Assembly: GCA_027487215.1 (NCBI GenBank)
Contig: JAIYDZ010000007.1
Span: 66,961-130,960, forward strand
DNA: 64,000 nucleotides
From: Pseudomonadota bacterium
GTDB lineage: Bacteria > Babelota > Babeliae > Babelales > CAIQNR01
Reading direction: 5' to 3'
Shown: positions 39,770-49,602 of the stretch, piece after piece
Numbering within the stretch: position 1 is the first letter of the stretch
Layout of the letters: each line of letters begins with the position of its first letter
Made by a program: the position numbers and the translations under genes
The notes under the pieces: model-generated
Databases searched by the model: none
What the model saw: the letters and a program-made list of their open reading frames with translations, nothing else
What the model was told of the DNA's origin: nothing

Positions 39770-40162
39770 TTACACAAATAATCTATTTAGATCTTTATTT
39801 TTAAGAATCATATATGCACCGACAAGGCCTGCCGGACCCGTTAAAGCATCTACGGTACGCGCTACCCCTTTAAAATCTTCAGATACTTTGTCTAAGGATT
39901 CTCTCCGTGCTTTATCAAAATAAGAACTAAAACCCAAGCTCGATAAACCAATAAAGCTATAGGTTAAACCTACCGCTTGCTGGGATGAATTACCTAAAAA
40001 TACTGCCGGAACCCCTTTTAGAATCATCAGCAATCCCGTAAAACCAAAGGTGCTGTAGCCAAATCCAGATATCCCTACTGAAGCAATGTTTGCCGCATCA
40101 CTTAAAGGTGTTGCTGACAAAGAACCCATTAAAAAGAGCGTTAAGAAATATTTCTTGTACAT
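39770..40162 (-). CDS. small secreted/membrane Gly-Ser-Ala-rich hypothetical protein
   Basis: Signal peptide MYKKYFLTLFLMGSLSA. G/S/F-rich hydrophobic stretches (VGISGFGYSTFGFTGLLMILKG, GLTYSFIGLSSLGFSS). Confidence 0.5.
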   Translation of the reverse strand: MYKKYFLTLFLMGSLSATPLSDAANIASVGISGFGYSTFGFTGLLMILKGVPAVFLGNSSQQAVGLTYSFIGLSSLGFSSYFDKARRESLDKVSEDFKGVARTVDALTGPAGLVGAYMILKNKDLNRLFV

Positions 40163-40208
40163 ATAAAACCTTTAAAACCTTTTATACATTGAGGAATATA
40201 ATTTTTTA

Positions 40209-40688
40209 TTATAAATTTTTAGCTGCTTTAAAAGCAGCTATTGCTGCTGGCTTTAAAGGCGAATTATACACCGCTGTTCCAGCTCCTGCAATGCCCCAAA
40301 ACCAACGAGAATCTTTATAGCCTTGACGAGTGTTAAGGTTACATTTAATTTCAAACCATTGACGGCTTTTCTTGGCTGCATAATATGCACCGTATTGTAC
40401 AGTACCTACTACGGCAAAACTTACAGCCGAATTGATAAGATCTCTACTCATTTCAAAAGAAGATGGCTCATTTGGTTGCAAATCTTCAGACTGATCAGAA
40501 TTAAGAATCATTGCCACACCTAAAAAACCCAATGCTCCAGTTGCTAGGTTGCAGATACTTCTTGCTCTCAAATTACTCTCGAAAAAAGTAAGTCCATAAC
40601 CGATTTCAGCTGAAAAATCTTGTGCTGCTTTAGCACCAGTAAAAATTGAACTCATAAAAACAAATGTAAGTATTATTTTCTTATTCAT
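40209..40688 (-). CDS. small secreted/membrane Gly-Ala-rich hypothetical protein
   Basis: RBS AGAGG and signal peptide ...FTGAKAA. Stretches such as ATGALGFLGVAMIL and WFWGIAGAGTAVY. Composition similar to the neighbouring gene. Confidence 0.5.
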   Translation of the reverse strand: MNKKIILTFVFMSSIFTGAKAAQDFSAEIGYGLTFFESNLRARSICNLATGALGFLGVAMILNSDQSEDLQPNEPSSFEMSRDLINSAVSFAVVGTVQYGAYYAAKKSRQWFEIKCNLNTRQGYKDSRWFWGIAGAGTAVYNSPLKPAAIAAFKAAKNL

Positions 40689-40823
40689 AAAAGTGCCTCT
40701 CTAAAAAGTTTTTGATATAGTTGCAAGCAGTATAGAGGCTATTTATAGAAAGTAAAAAAAGAGTGCCAAGCTCACCTTAAATAAGCTCAACACCCTTTAA
40801 ATATCTTTTTTAGTAAGTGGGAA

Positions 40824-42341
40824 TTACTTCCACTGCATTACAAAATCAATGAGCAAACGGGTACCAACCCCTGTTGCACCAATTCCGCGGTAATACGGAG
40901 TATCTGGTACTTCATCAGCGGCCGCTGCAATATCAACGTGCACCCATGGAGTTTCGCCCACAAAGTGACTCAAAAAACATGCGCCATTAGTTGGACCTGC
41001 GTAATACTTTGACTTGCCGTCATTATTAATATCAGCAATGTCAGATTTAACCATTACTTTATAACGGTCAATCATCGGCAAACGCCAGGTCGCATCACCA
41101 GAAGTTTCACCTGCTTGTTGAACACGCTGTGCCAAATCATCGTCTTGTGTTAAGACACCACTAAAAAATGGTCCGACTGCATGCGATACTGCACCAGTTA
41201 AGGTAGCAACATCAATCATTGCTGTGGGTGTAAAATGTTTTGAAGCGTATGCAAGCGCATCAGCAAGAACCAAACGACCTTCAGCGTCAGTGTTACCCAC
41301 AACTGCAGTTTTACCGTTATAAAAACGAATAATATCACCAGGATGGTTTGCATTGCCACTGACCATGTTTTCAGCAAGTGGAGCAAGTACAACCACGTTA
41401 ATATCTGGCTTTAATTGAGAAAGTGCAGCGATTGCATTAATAACTGCAGCAGCCCCGGTCATGTCAACCTTCATGGTTTCCATAAATCCGGTTGGTTTTA
41501 AATTAAGACCACCGCTGTCAAAGGTAATACCTTTACCTACCAGCGCGAGTGTTGGTGCATTTTTCTTTTTGGCAGTGTATTGCATGATTACCAGTTGAGC
41601 ATCGTGTTGCGAGCCCATACCAACTGCTTTAATACCGCCCATGCCAAGTTTTTCAATCTCTTTTTCATCAAACACGGTGATTTCAAGATTGTGGTCTTTT
41701 GCAAGTTTTTTTGCACGCTTTGCAAGTTCAGGTGGCGTAATAACATTTGCTGGTAAATCTACCCAATGACGTGAACGATTAACCGCCTCTGCGATAATAG
41801 TTCCTACACGAGCTCCTTCGTGGGCAGCTTTGTCATCTTTTTTGGGAGCAACAAAAATTATTTGATCAAGTTTATGAACCTTAGCGTCATTGCTAATAAA
41901 ATCATCAAACTGATATTCTGCCATTAAAAAAGTAGTAGTCATGGTGCGCACCATAAACTCTGTACCATGTCCATAGACTGCAGTTGCAGGTACTTCACAT
42001 GCCAAAGATGAAATTTTTACTGTTTCAGCCCAGCGCATCGATGCACCAAGTATGCGTCGAAAATCTTCAAGTTCCATATACTTTGCAGTTTTCTTTTTAC
42101 TGCCAAGTCCAACAAAAAGAAGGTGCTTGATTCCTTCTTTGCTTGAACCTTGAACACTTACGCGTTGTCCAAGTTTTCCTTCAAACTTATTTGTTTTGAA
42201 TAATGTTTCAAGATGAGGAAAATAAAGTTTTGCAACATCTACAAATTCTTTTTTAAATGAAAAATTTTCGTGTACAAAAAAAAGCAGTCCATCACTCTTT
42301 TGAGTAAGTACTGCTTTGTCGCTTATGATACATTTTACCAT
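40824..42341 (-). CDS. pepA: leucyl aminopeptidase (M17)
   Basis: VGKGITFDSGG and the M17 signature NTDAEGRLVLADAL. About 500 aa. Confidence 0.93.
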   Translation of the reverse strand: MVKCIISDKAVLTQKSDGLLFFVHENFSFKKEFVDVAKLYFPHLETLFKTNKFEGKLGQRVSVQGSSKEGIKHLLFVGLGSKKKTAKYMELEDFRRILGASMRWAETVKISSLACEVPATAVYGHGTEFMVRTMTTTFLMAEYQFDDFISNDAKVHKLDQIIFVAPKKDDKAAHEGARVGTIIAEAVNRSRHWVDLPANVITPPELAKRAKKLAKDHNLEITVFDEKEIEKLGMGGIKAVGMGSQHDAQLVIMQYTAKKKNAPTLALVGKGITFDSGGLNLKPTGFMETMKVDMTGAAAVINAIAALSQLKPDINVVVLAPLAENMVSGNANHPGDIIRFYNGKTAVVGNTDAEGRLVLADALAYASKHFTPTAMIDVATLTGAVSHAVGPFFSGVLTQDDDLAQRVQQAGETSGDATWRLPMIDRYKVMVKSDIADINNDGKSKYYAGPTNGACFLSHFVGETPWVHVDIAAAADEVPDTPYYRGIGATGVGTRLLIDFVMQWK

Positions 42342-42446
42342 GGAAGTTCCTTGCGTAGATTGTTAACAATCGCTCCCAAGATCGTATCATACGAATTATA
42401 ATAAGTAAAAAAGATGCGCCACACTTCATATACGTAACATCTTCAG

Positions 42447-45400
42447 TTAATTACGCTCTGCAAATGCTGGTATTAAAGCCGGTACAGCAAGAAGAAGTGC
42501 TGGCTTTGTTGCAGATACAGTAATACCACCTAACTTTCTTTCAATGCCACGCATGGTCATCGCATCAAGAACATCTCCTGTTGGTACACCATTGGTATCA
42601 TATAAAATGCCTCCAGGAGAACTATCAGTTGAATATGAAACATATCCTTCTTTTAAAGAATCTCCATAGGTTTCATCTGAAGACAGAACATATAAAAGCG
42701 TTCCGGTTGCACTGTCAAAACGGAGTCGATTTACTGCTTTTTCAAGTGCATTACATTTTTGTGTAAGTTCATTAAGTGCTTGTCCACTCTGTTCTTGTAA
42801 ACTTTTTTCAACCTCAGCACCATTTGCGTATGCCTGTTGTTGAAGCACTGCTGTTTGTTTTTGTAAAGCTTGATCAGGCGTAGCTTGTTGACTTGCACTG
42901 TTTGTTTGCAACGCGTTAATTGTTTGTGCTTTATTTTTTTGCACCTGTGCAATTGCTTTGTCATAAAAGTTTTTAATAGTGTCTAACGCACTTGCTTTGT
43001 ATTGACTATAATCACTATCACCTTGCTTAAGCGCAGACAAATCAACTTTCTGAAGGGAGGAAGAGTTAACCTGTTTAACAAGAGTTAATCCACCCTCATT
43101 TGATATAACCAACTTAAGCTTTAAAACCTGTAACAATTTAGCAACATCAGCAGTTACAGTGCTTGGATATTCATAACCATATACTTGTTGTTTAGTAAGT
43201 TCATGGTCGTACATAATCATATAATTAATATCATTAGGATATTGAGTACCTGATGAACTCGCGGTAGCACAACCAGGAATTGAAGAAAGCGCAGCGCTCT
43301 CAGCACGACATTGTAAAAGCGGAGAAACTGCTTGGACTACACTCAGTGAGGCGGTACGATTTTTATAATCAGCGCCTGTTTTTGCATCAAATCCAAAATA
43401 TTTTCCGCGATACATAACACCAGTAATTTTACCTTTAGTAGAAGAATTATCACGATTATCAACATATGCGATACTGCGTAAAAACTCTGAATCTGCAATC
43501 GAATCCTCTACAAAACTAAGAGCTTGATTACCTTGAGATTTGGCAACGCCAAGATGACTTAATACATAAGAACTGACAAAAGATTCACCTGTCTTAGTAA
43601 CGACTGGTTTAAAACTACCAATCAACGATTGTTCATCTTGATAAAGCGTCCACTCATCTTTGCCAACATTATAATACGCATCAAGGGTGACTAAAGAACT
43701 GGCGCTTGTTACATTGCTCATGCGATAAATCTTTTGAGAAAGCTTCATGCCTTCCTTCTTAAGATCATTAGTTGCTTTTGCAAAATTAGTAGACATACGC
43801 GTATCAAGAGTGTCAACACTCATCTGCGCATTCGTTTCAGGATCAGTTATAGTTTGTGCTGGAACAGTTTCATTCCATGTTTTGAGTATTTGGTTAGGCG
43901 CTTTAGGATCAACTGCATAGACCGATCCGTCAATTTTATACGTTTGTGGATTGAGGTAAGTAAGATTATAGGTTTTAGTAGCATCACTATATTGATAACT
44001 CACTCTACCACTCTGAGTAATAAATTCATTAAACACGAGCGAACTTGCATCAGTAAATGAACCTGAAACGGGAACAACTAATCGCATTTGTCCATCTGAA
44101 TTTCCCCATACTGTCAAAGGAGCTGTCATTAATGGTGTACCATCTTTGCCTAATGGCAGATAAGTGTCTGTTTGAGTAGATGCTGGTTGCCCGTCTGCAC
44201 TGTACTCAAATCCTGTTACCAAACTAAGATAAGAGTAACTACCATTAGCACGATTTATTTGTAATAAAATATCTGAAGGACGCTTTTGATCAACGATCTT
44301 CATATCTTTTGGTGTAAGATCCTTAGTAGTAGGAGTCTCAAAATTAACAATGTTTTTGTAAAGATAATAAGCAACACCGGTCGATGTTTTTAGTCCTTGT
44401 TCTGTATCAACCAACTGCATAAATTTACCATTTTTACCACCACCTAAGGACTTATCATCTGATGACATCGAAAGTGCTGTACGTGCTACTGGAAATGCTT
44501 TTGTTTGGGTAGAGCCATCATCTGAAACAATAATACCTTGCGCTAACGCCATTGCTCGGGCAGTTCCTGAGCCAAGCACGCTTTGTGGAATCATTTTTCC
44601 ATTGGATCCGATTTTACAATGCAAACCGGTTGGAACTTGATTGATAAGCGCATCAGAAGACTTTGCGATATTAAATGCGTAGTAATTAACCGGCTCATCT
44701 GTTTTTTGTGCAGATTGATCAATATCTTCTGGGCGAATCTCTTTCAAGAAAAACTGTTGTGTTGCACTGTCATAATACATTCCACGAGAACCTTGCACAG
44801 GTTTTAACTGGGAAATATTTGGAAATTTATAGTCATTTGCTCCTGATTGTAATGCTTCAAATACTTTCTGTTGATAACTTTTTTGACCAGATTCCTGTGT
44901 TTTCTCTTTTTCAAGTTGTGCAAGTTGGCCATCAACATATTTTTTATTTGCCGCTGAAAGCGCTGATTGCAGTTCTGCTCTAACCGGCGACCCACTTGCC
45001 TTTGTTATATAATCAACCATTTGTCTATCAAATCCAAGCAGTGTCATCTTACTTTTATCCAGAGGCAATATTTGATCAGCATACGTTTGCATAGAACCAT
45101 CTGCTCCCACAAACGCATTTTCTGAACCTGAACGGGTGTATTGTATTGATGAAACAAAACTTAAAATACTACGAGTGGTATTTGAAAGAGGGAAGTTAAC
45201 CATATCACCATCAGTTGCGACAAAGTAGTCATAAACATCTGGATTATTAAGAGTCCCGTTATAAGCCTGATAGATATAGTTACCATTATTACTATCTTTT
45301 CTTTCTATAAACATCATAAACGGGCCAAATACAAAGGGTCCCATTTTATCAGCTGTCTTACCATCCTGCAGAGTATCAACACGAACTTGTAACCCATCAG

Positions 45401-48400
45401 GTAAAACTTTACGACCAACATTTTTTAAAACACTCTCAATAACATTAACAGGATTAAACGTGTAAGCTTGACCTCTAAAGTTTACAATCGGAATCACTCG
45501 TTCAGTGTTGGTGGTTTTGTCAAAACAACGGACGAGAACAGAACCTGTTCCTATATTAACAAGAAGGTTAAGCGACTTATTATTTACAAAATTAGTACCA
45601 AGATCAGTTAGCGCACTCAGCAGAATCTCTTGTTGAGCAATAAGCACTTCAAAAGTTTTTCCATCAGCTAAAGCAGGCATTCCGACCGCACGCGCAGTAG
45701 ACATAAACTCTGATCCTGTTGCATAACGTAATGACGAAGGAAGTTCACTGATACTTAATGCACTTGCTCCTAGCTTGCCAGCAACCCACCATCCTTGAAG
45801 GGGCATTCCAACAGGCGAGGTCACTGTATACAAGAATAAATCTTCTGTTAATGAACTTTGATCTGCCGCAATGCTCCATCCTTGTGCTGTAAAATCATGC
45901 GGACCTTCTGATAAAATCATACTCCATTTTTTTTCTGGAGTTTGAGTATCCTTAAGCAATGCTTGGCGCCACAAAGTATGAACCTGTGTAAAGGTATAAT
46001 TTTCTTTTTGAGTATCTTGAGCAACTTTACCTTCTTGGGCAAGCGCTTTTTCAAGTGCAGCCATATCTTCTGTTTCTGGACTTGTAATACCAGTCAGAGC
46101 AACCGGCAATATTTCAAGTAATGAAACAGGCAATGTTTTGATATTTTTTTGATTTACACTACTTACAAAAGCACCCTGAGTTGCTTGATCTGTGACTGAC
46201 TGTACCGTGTAATCATAACGCAATGTTAAGAAATGAAATGGCGACATCTTAACGACATCTGCTTGACTGCGTGTACTGTTAATCGGATTTAAATCTGATT
46301 CTACAAACGCCGTTGCAAGAGGAACAGCTTTACCGCCATCCTGAATCTCATACCCATTACTGCAACGTGCTGGATTACTTGCACAAGGGCGCGGTTTGCC
46401 CGCAGCATCAGCAACCACAAGATCAGTCACCACACTTTTTGGAAATAAATTATAAGTAGGATCATATACTTTTGAAGTCACTAAACTGATAAGTGCTGTT
46501 ACTTTTGATGAAATATGAGGCAAGCTCATACCACTTGAAACTTCTGCTTGTGAGCCAAGCGACACGTTTAAATAATTACCGGTAGCATGATTGATCGTAA
46601 CAGGAATAACATAATCAGGGAGTGTGTGTGCACCTTCTGGACTTGATAATGCATTGTCTATTCTATAAATATAAAGACTTTTAAGAACTTCACGTTTATC
46701 GCTTACGTTCATGCCGCTCGATTTTTGATCTTTTTCAGACTGGCCAGCTTTTCCTAATTCTTGAACATTTTTAGTATTCTCAAAAGCAGCATCAATACCT
46801 GCATCTATTTTAAGATCAAGTTCTTTTACTAAGTGAGCAGTTAAACCATCTCGCAATACAAATGGACCTTGTGTAATAACATTTTTTGCAAACGAACGCA
46901 TTGCGCCAATCTGATTTAGCAGTAAGCGTCTTGTACCATATAATGATTGAAAATTACTCATTACTTTATTTGTTACTGTCTCATAATCAGCTGAACCATC
47001 TTGTGTACGCAGCAGTGTCGGTTGTGCACCAGGAATAAAGGTTGCACCAGTTACTAAACTTACTAAATACGCAATATCTTTATTAGAAACAAATTCAACA
47101 ACAGGAGCTCCAATTGCGCCCTCTTTGTTAGAGTTAATATGTGGTACTTGTGCAGGAATGATGTTATTACCTATATCAACAGCAACAAGATAATCCCAGA
47201 CACAATCTTTTAGTGATGGAGAAACAATCGATTTGATAAATCGTGCAGCAGGAGTGCTATCAGTTTGATAGACGTATACTTGCTGTGCTAATAAATGAGC
47301 ATCATATACATCTCCACCAACGCCAAGCCCCGCACTATTTCCTGTAATTTTTTCTGTAGGAATAACAGGATTATTTTCTTGCACAATAATTTGCGCGCGC
47401 TGACCGTTTTGTAATCCCTTTAGTATATTGTTACCCAGATCACGCTCAGTTCCATTAGTTTCAAACAAATCAGCATAGTGTGACAATGCGTAGGTCATTG
47501 CTCCCAATGGCGCAATACCTTGCACATGAATTCCAAATTCAGAAAGATTAATCCCATCTTTAAAAACATCCAATGTTTGTTGTAATAACGGAGAAATATG
47601 AGTAGTAGAATCGGGAACAAACAATGCTTGAATTGATGCATCAGTTGCGCCACTAAACCAATGTTTCCCCATACTGTTTGGGTTTATGCTTAAGGTAGAT
47701 TTTTGTACTCTAATGTCTCCTGATAAAGAACGTACTTTATCATCAAGCATGCTTTGAATAACAAGTTCTTTTCGTGAAGAAGTAGATTCTTTTTCTGAAG
47801 AAAGCAATGGATAAACTTTTGTAATAACACCAGCACCATTAATAACAGCACCTGTCTTTAGTTCAATGACATCTGTTACTTTACCAGAGTTAACATAGTC
47901 CATTCCAACTTCTTGATATTGATTAAGAGACATAAAGAATCGACGTGACTGTGATTTTAAACCGCTTGCCCATGGTGAGTCAGCATAGATAAAAGTACCA
48001 CTTAACGGATCTTTAAACATAACCGTTCCTGGTAAAACTTTCATAATGATAGTACCAAATTGTGCACGTGCAGTAATGGTATTATAAAGCGCTGTCGCAG
48101 CTTGCTCTTCTTGCATCTGTCTCCATATTTCTCCCGGCAAAGGGAAGATAAGAGCCATACCAACTTGATCACCTAAGAATTTACCAAACCCCTTCACTCC
48201 TCGGCCAAGGGTATTCCAAAAACCAAGATGATCGTCAATATAATTAACCATTTCATGCTCAGCAGCAATTTTTGACTCTAGAGCCTCTTTTTGTTTGATT
48301 AAAGATTCACGGTCTTCAAATTTTTTAACACGCGTTTCTATTTCTTCTGAAGTTAACTTACCTTCTTTTTGTAAGTTTTCACGAAACTCCTCAGAAGTTT

Positions 48401-49460
48401 TAGATGCTTTAGTTTGTGTAGACAATTCTTCTTCACGAAGTTTTATAAGTTTTTCTTCTGCAGAAAGACCTTCTAATTCATTTATTTTGGATTTAAACCC
48501 TAGTTCTTCATCGAGTCCACGAATCTGTTGTTCAAGATCAGCCGACTGTCTTTCATAACTACTAATACGATCTTTTGACGCTGCACGAGTTTCTTTTAAC
48601 CGCTCTCTTGTTTTTTGCGCTTCAAAACCCTTTTTTGCTTCCGTAACTTGTTCTTGTGCTTGTGCTCTATTTTCCTGAGCAGCATTTAATTCTTCACGAG
48701 CTTTCATGCGAGCGTTCCGTGCTGAATCTAATGCTTCTTGTGATTGCTTAAAAGCTGCTTCTTCTTGTTCAAAAGAAGCGTTTGCACTCTTTTTTGCTTG
48801 TAATTCTTTAGTGGTTTTTTCATGCACTGATTGTGCTTTATTAAAATCCTGTTCGGCACTTTTTAACTCTGACTGAGCTTCTTTAACTCGTGCTTCAGTG
48901 AGTTTAACTTCAGTTTTTGCTTGTACATAGTCTTCAGTTACTTGTCTAAAACTACCCTCAGGAGCGCCCGCAGAAACACCATCTTTTTTTAAATTTTCTG
49001 ATGATGGAGGTACTTCTGATAAAGATTCAGAATTGGTAACAGAATCTGTTAAATTTTCTGGTTTATTTAAAGATGATTCTGAAGGAACTGGTTGCATTTC
49101 AGCAGGAACTTGGGGAACTTCAAGATTTTGTTCATTAAAACGTGCTGATTGTAGTTGCTCTTCAGCTAGAGTTTGATTTTGAACTTCTAATTGTTGGCCC
49201 TCAAGTTGCCCAATCTCACCTTCTGCTTTGTTACCGATACTTTGTAAAGCTTCTTGTTCAAGGGCTTCACGAGATGCTACGCTAGCTGCCTCAGAACTTG
49301 GATTAAGATGACCAGCCATTCCCTCTTCAAGGGTTCTTCCAATAGCAGCTTCTTCACCTTCAAGAGCTGCGGCAAACTCGCCTGCCATAATCATTTGAGA
49401 ACATAAAACAACCAACTGAACTACTAAGAATAAACTTATTTTATTGAAAGGCCTTTTCAT
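42447..49460 (-). CDS. giant secreted protein (~2337 aa), unknown function
   Basis: Single uninterrupted frame. ATG 49460 lies 6 nt after GGGGG (the track start 49466 abuts the RBS). Signal peptide ...VVLCSQMIMAG. E/K/Q-rich coiled coil at about nt 48266-48959. No internal repeat or known motif. A second coiled coil lies near the C-terminus. Hydrophobic tail KPALLLAVPALIPAFAERN. Confidence 0.85.
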   Translation of the reverse strand: MKRPFNKISLFLVVQLVVLCSQMIMAGEFAAALEGEEAAIGRTLEEGMAGHLNPSSEAASVASREALEQEALQSIGNKAEGEIGQLEGQQLEVQNQTLAEEQLQSARFNEQNLEVPQVPAEMQPVPSESSLNKPENLTDSVTNSESLSEVPPSSENLKKDGVSAGAPEGSFRQVTEDYVQAKTEVKLTEARVKEAQSELKSAEQDFNKAQSVHEKTTKELQAKKSANASFEQEEAAFKQSQEALDSARNARMKAREELNAAQENRAQAQEQVTEAKKGFEAQKTRERLKETRAASKDRISSYERQSADLEQQIRGLDEELGFKSKINELEGLSAEEKLIKLREEELSTQTKASKTSEEFRENLQKEGKLTSEEIETRVKKFEDRESLIKQKEALESKIAAEHEMVNYIDDHLGFWNTLGRGVKGFGKFLGDQVGMALIFPLPGEIWRQMQEEQAATALYNTITARAQFGTIIMKVLPGTVMFKDPLSGTFIYADSPWASGLKSQSRRFFMSLNQYQEVGMDYVNSGKVTDVIELKTGAVINGAGVITKVYPLLSSEKESTSSRKELVIQSMLDDKVRSLSGDIRVQKSTLSINPNSMGKHWFSGATDASIQALFVPDSTTHISPLLQQTLDVFKDGINLSEFGIHVQGIAPLGAMTYALSHYADLFETNGTERDLGNNILKGLQNGQRAQIIVQENNPVIPTEKITGNSAGLGVGGDVYDAHLLAQQVYVYQTDSTPAARFIKSIVSPSLKDCVWDYLVAVDIGNNIIPAQVPHINSNKEGAIGAPVVEFVSNKDIAYLVSLVTGATFIPGAQPTLLRTQDGSADYETVTNKVMSNFQSLYGTRRLLLNQIGAMRSFAKNVITQGPFVLRDGLTAHLVKELDLKIDAGIDAAFENTKNVQELGKAGQSEKDQKSSGMNVSDKREVLKSLYIYRIDNALSSPEGAHTLPDYVIPVTINHATGNYLNVSLGSQAEVSSGMSLPHISSKVTALISLVTSKVYDPTYNLFPKSVVTDLVVADAAGKPRPCASNPARCSNGYEIQDGGKAVPLATAFVESDLNPINSTRSQADVVKMSPFHFLTLRYDYTVQSVTDQATQGAFVSSVNQKNIKTLPVSLLEILPVALTGITSPETEDMAALEKALAQEGKVAQDTQKENYTFTQVHTLWRQALLKDTQTPEKKWSMILSEGPHDFTAQGWSIAADQSSLTEDLFLYTVTSPVGMPLQGWWVAGKLGASALSISELPSSLRYATGSEFMSTARAVGMPALADGKTFEVLIAQQEILLSALTDLGTNFVNNKSLNLLVNIGTGSVLVRCFDKTTNTERVIPIVNFRGQAYTFNPVNVIESVLKNVGRKVLPDGLQVRVDTLQDGKTADKMGPFVFGPFMMFIERKDSNNGNYIYQAYNGTLNNPDVYDYFVATDGDMVNFPLSNTTRSILSFVSSIQYTRSGSENAFVGADGSMQTYADQILPLDKSKMTLLGFDRQMVDYITKASGSPVRAELQSALSAANKKYVDGQLAQLEKEKTQESGQKSYQQKVFEALQSGANDYKFPNISQLKPVQGSRGMYYDSATQQFFLKEIRPEDIDQSAQKTDEPVNYYAFNIAKSSDALINQVPTGLHCKIGSNGKMIPQSVLGSGTARAMALAQGIIVSDDGSTQTKAFPVARTALSMSSDDKSLGGGKNGKFMQLVDTEQGLKTSTGVAYYLYKNIVNFETPTTKDLTPKDMKIVDQKRPSDILLQINRANGSYSYLSLVTGFEYSADGQPASTQTDTYLPLGKDGTPLMTAPLTVWGNSDGQMRLVVPVSGSFTDASSLVFNEFITQSGRVSYQYSDATKTYNLTYLNPQTYKIDGSVYAVDPKAPNQILKTWNETVPAQTITDPETNAQMSVDTLDTRMSTNFAKATNDLKKEGMKLSQKIYRMSNVTSASSLVTLDAYYNVGKDEWTLYQDEQSLIGSFKPVVTKTGESFVSSYVLSHLGVAKSQGNQALSFVEDSIADSEFLRSIAYVDNRDNSSTKGKITGVMYRGKYFGFDAKTGADYKNRTASLSVVQAVSPLLQCRAESAALSSIPGCATASSSGTQYPNDINYMIMYDHELTKQQVYGYEYPSTVTADVAKLLQVLKLKLVISNEGGLTLVKQVNSSSLQKVDLSALKQGDSDYSQYKASALDTIKNFYDKAIAQVQKNKAQTINALQTNSASQQATPDQALQKQTAVLQQQAYANGAEVEKSLQEQSGQALNELTQKCNALEKAVNRLRFDSATGTLLYVLSSDETYGDSLKEGYVSYSTDSSPGGILYDTNGVPTGDVLDAMTMRGIERKLGGITVSATKPALLLAVPALIPAFAERN

Positions 49461-49602
49461 GGACATCCCCCTTTTTCACCACCTTTTTACAGTGGTCTCC
49501 ATCTATTGATATAGTTTCAGGGTAATCAATCAAAGAGCCGATCTACAAGTATTTTAGATAGTCAGCCTTAAATATGCTTATTTATGTAAAAACAATTTAT
49601 CA

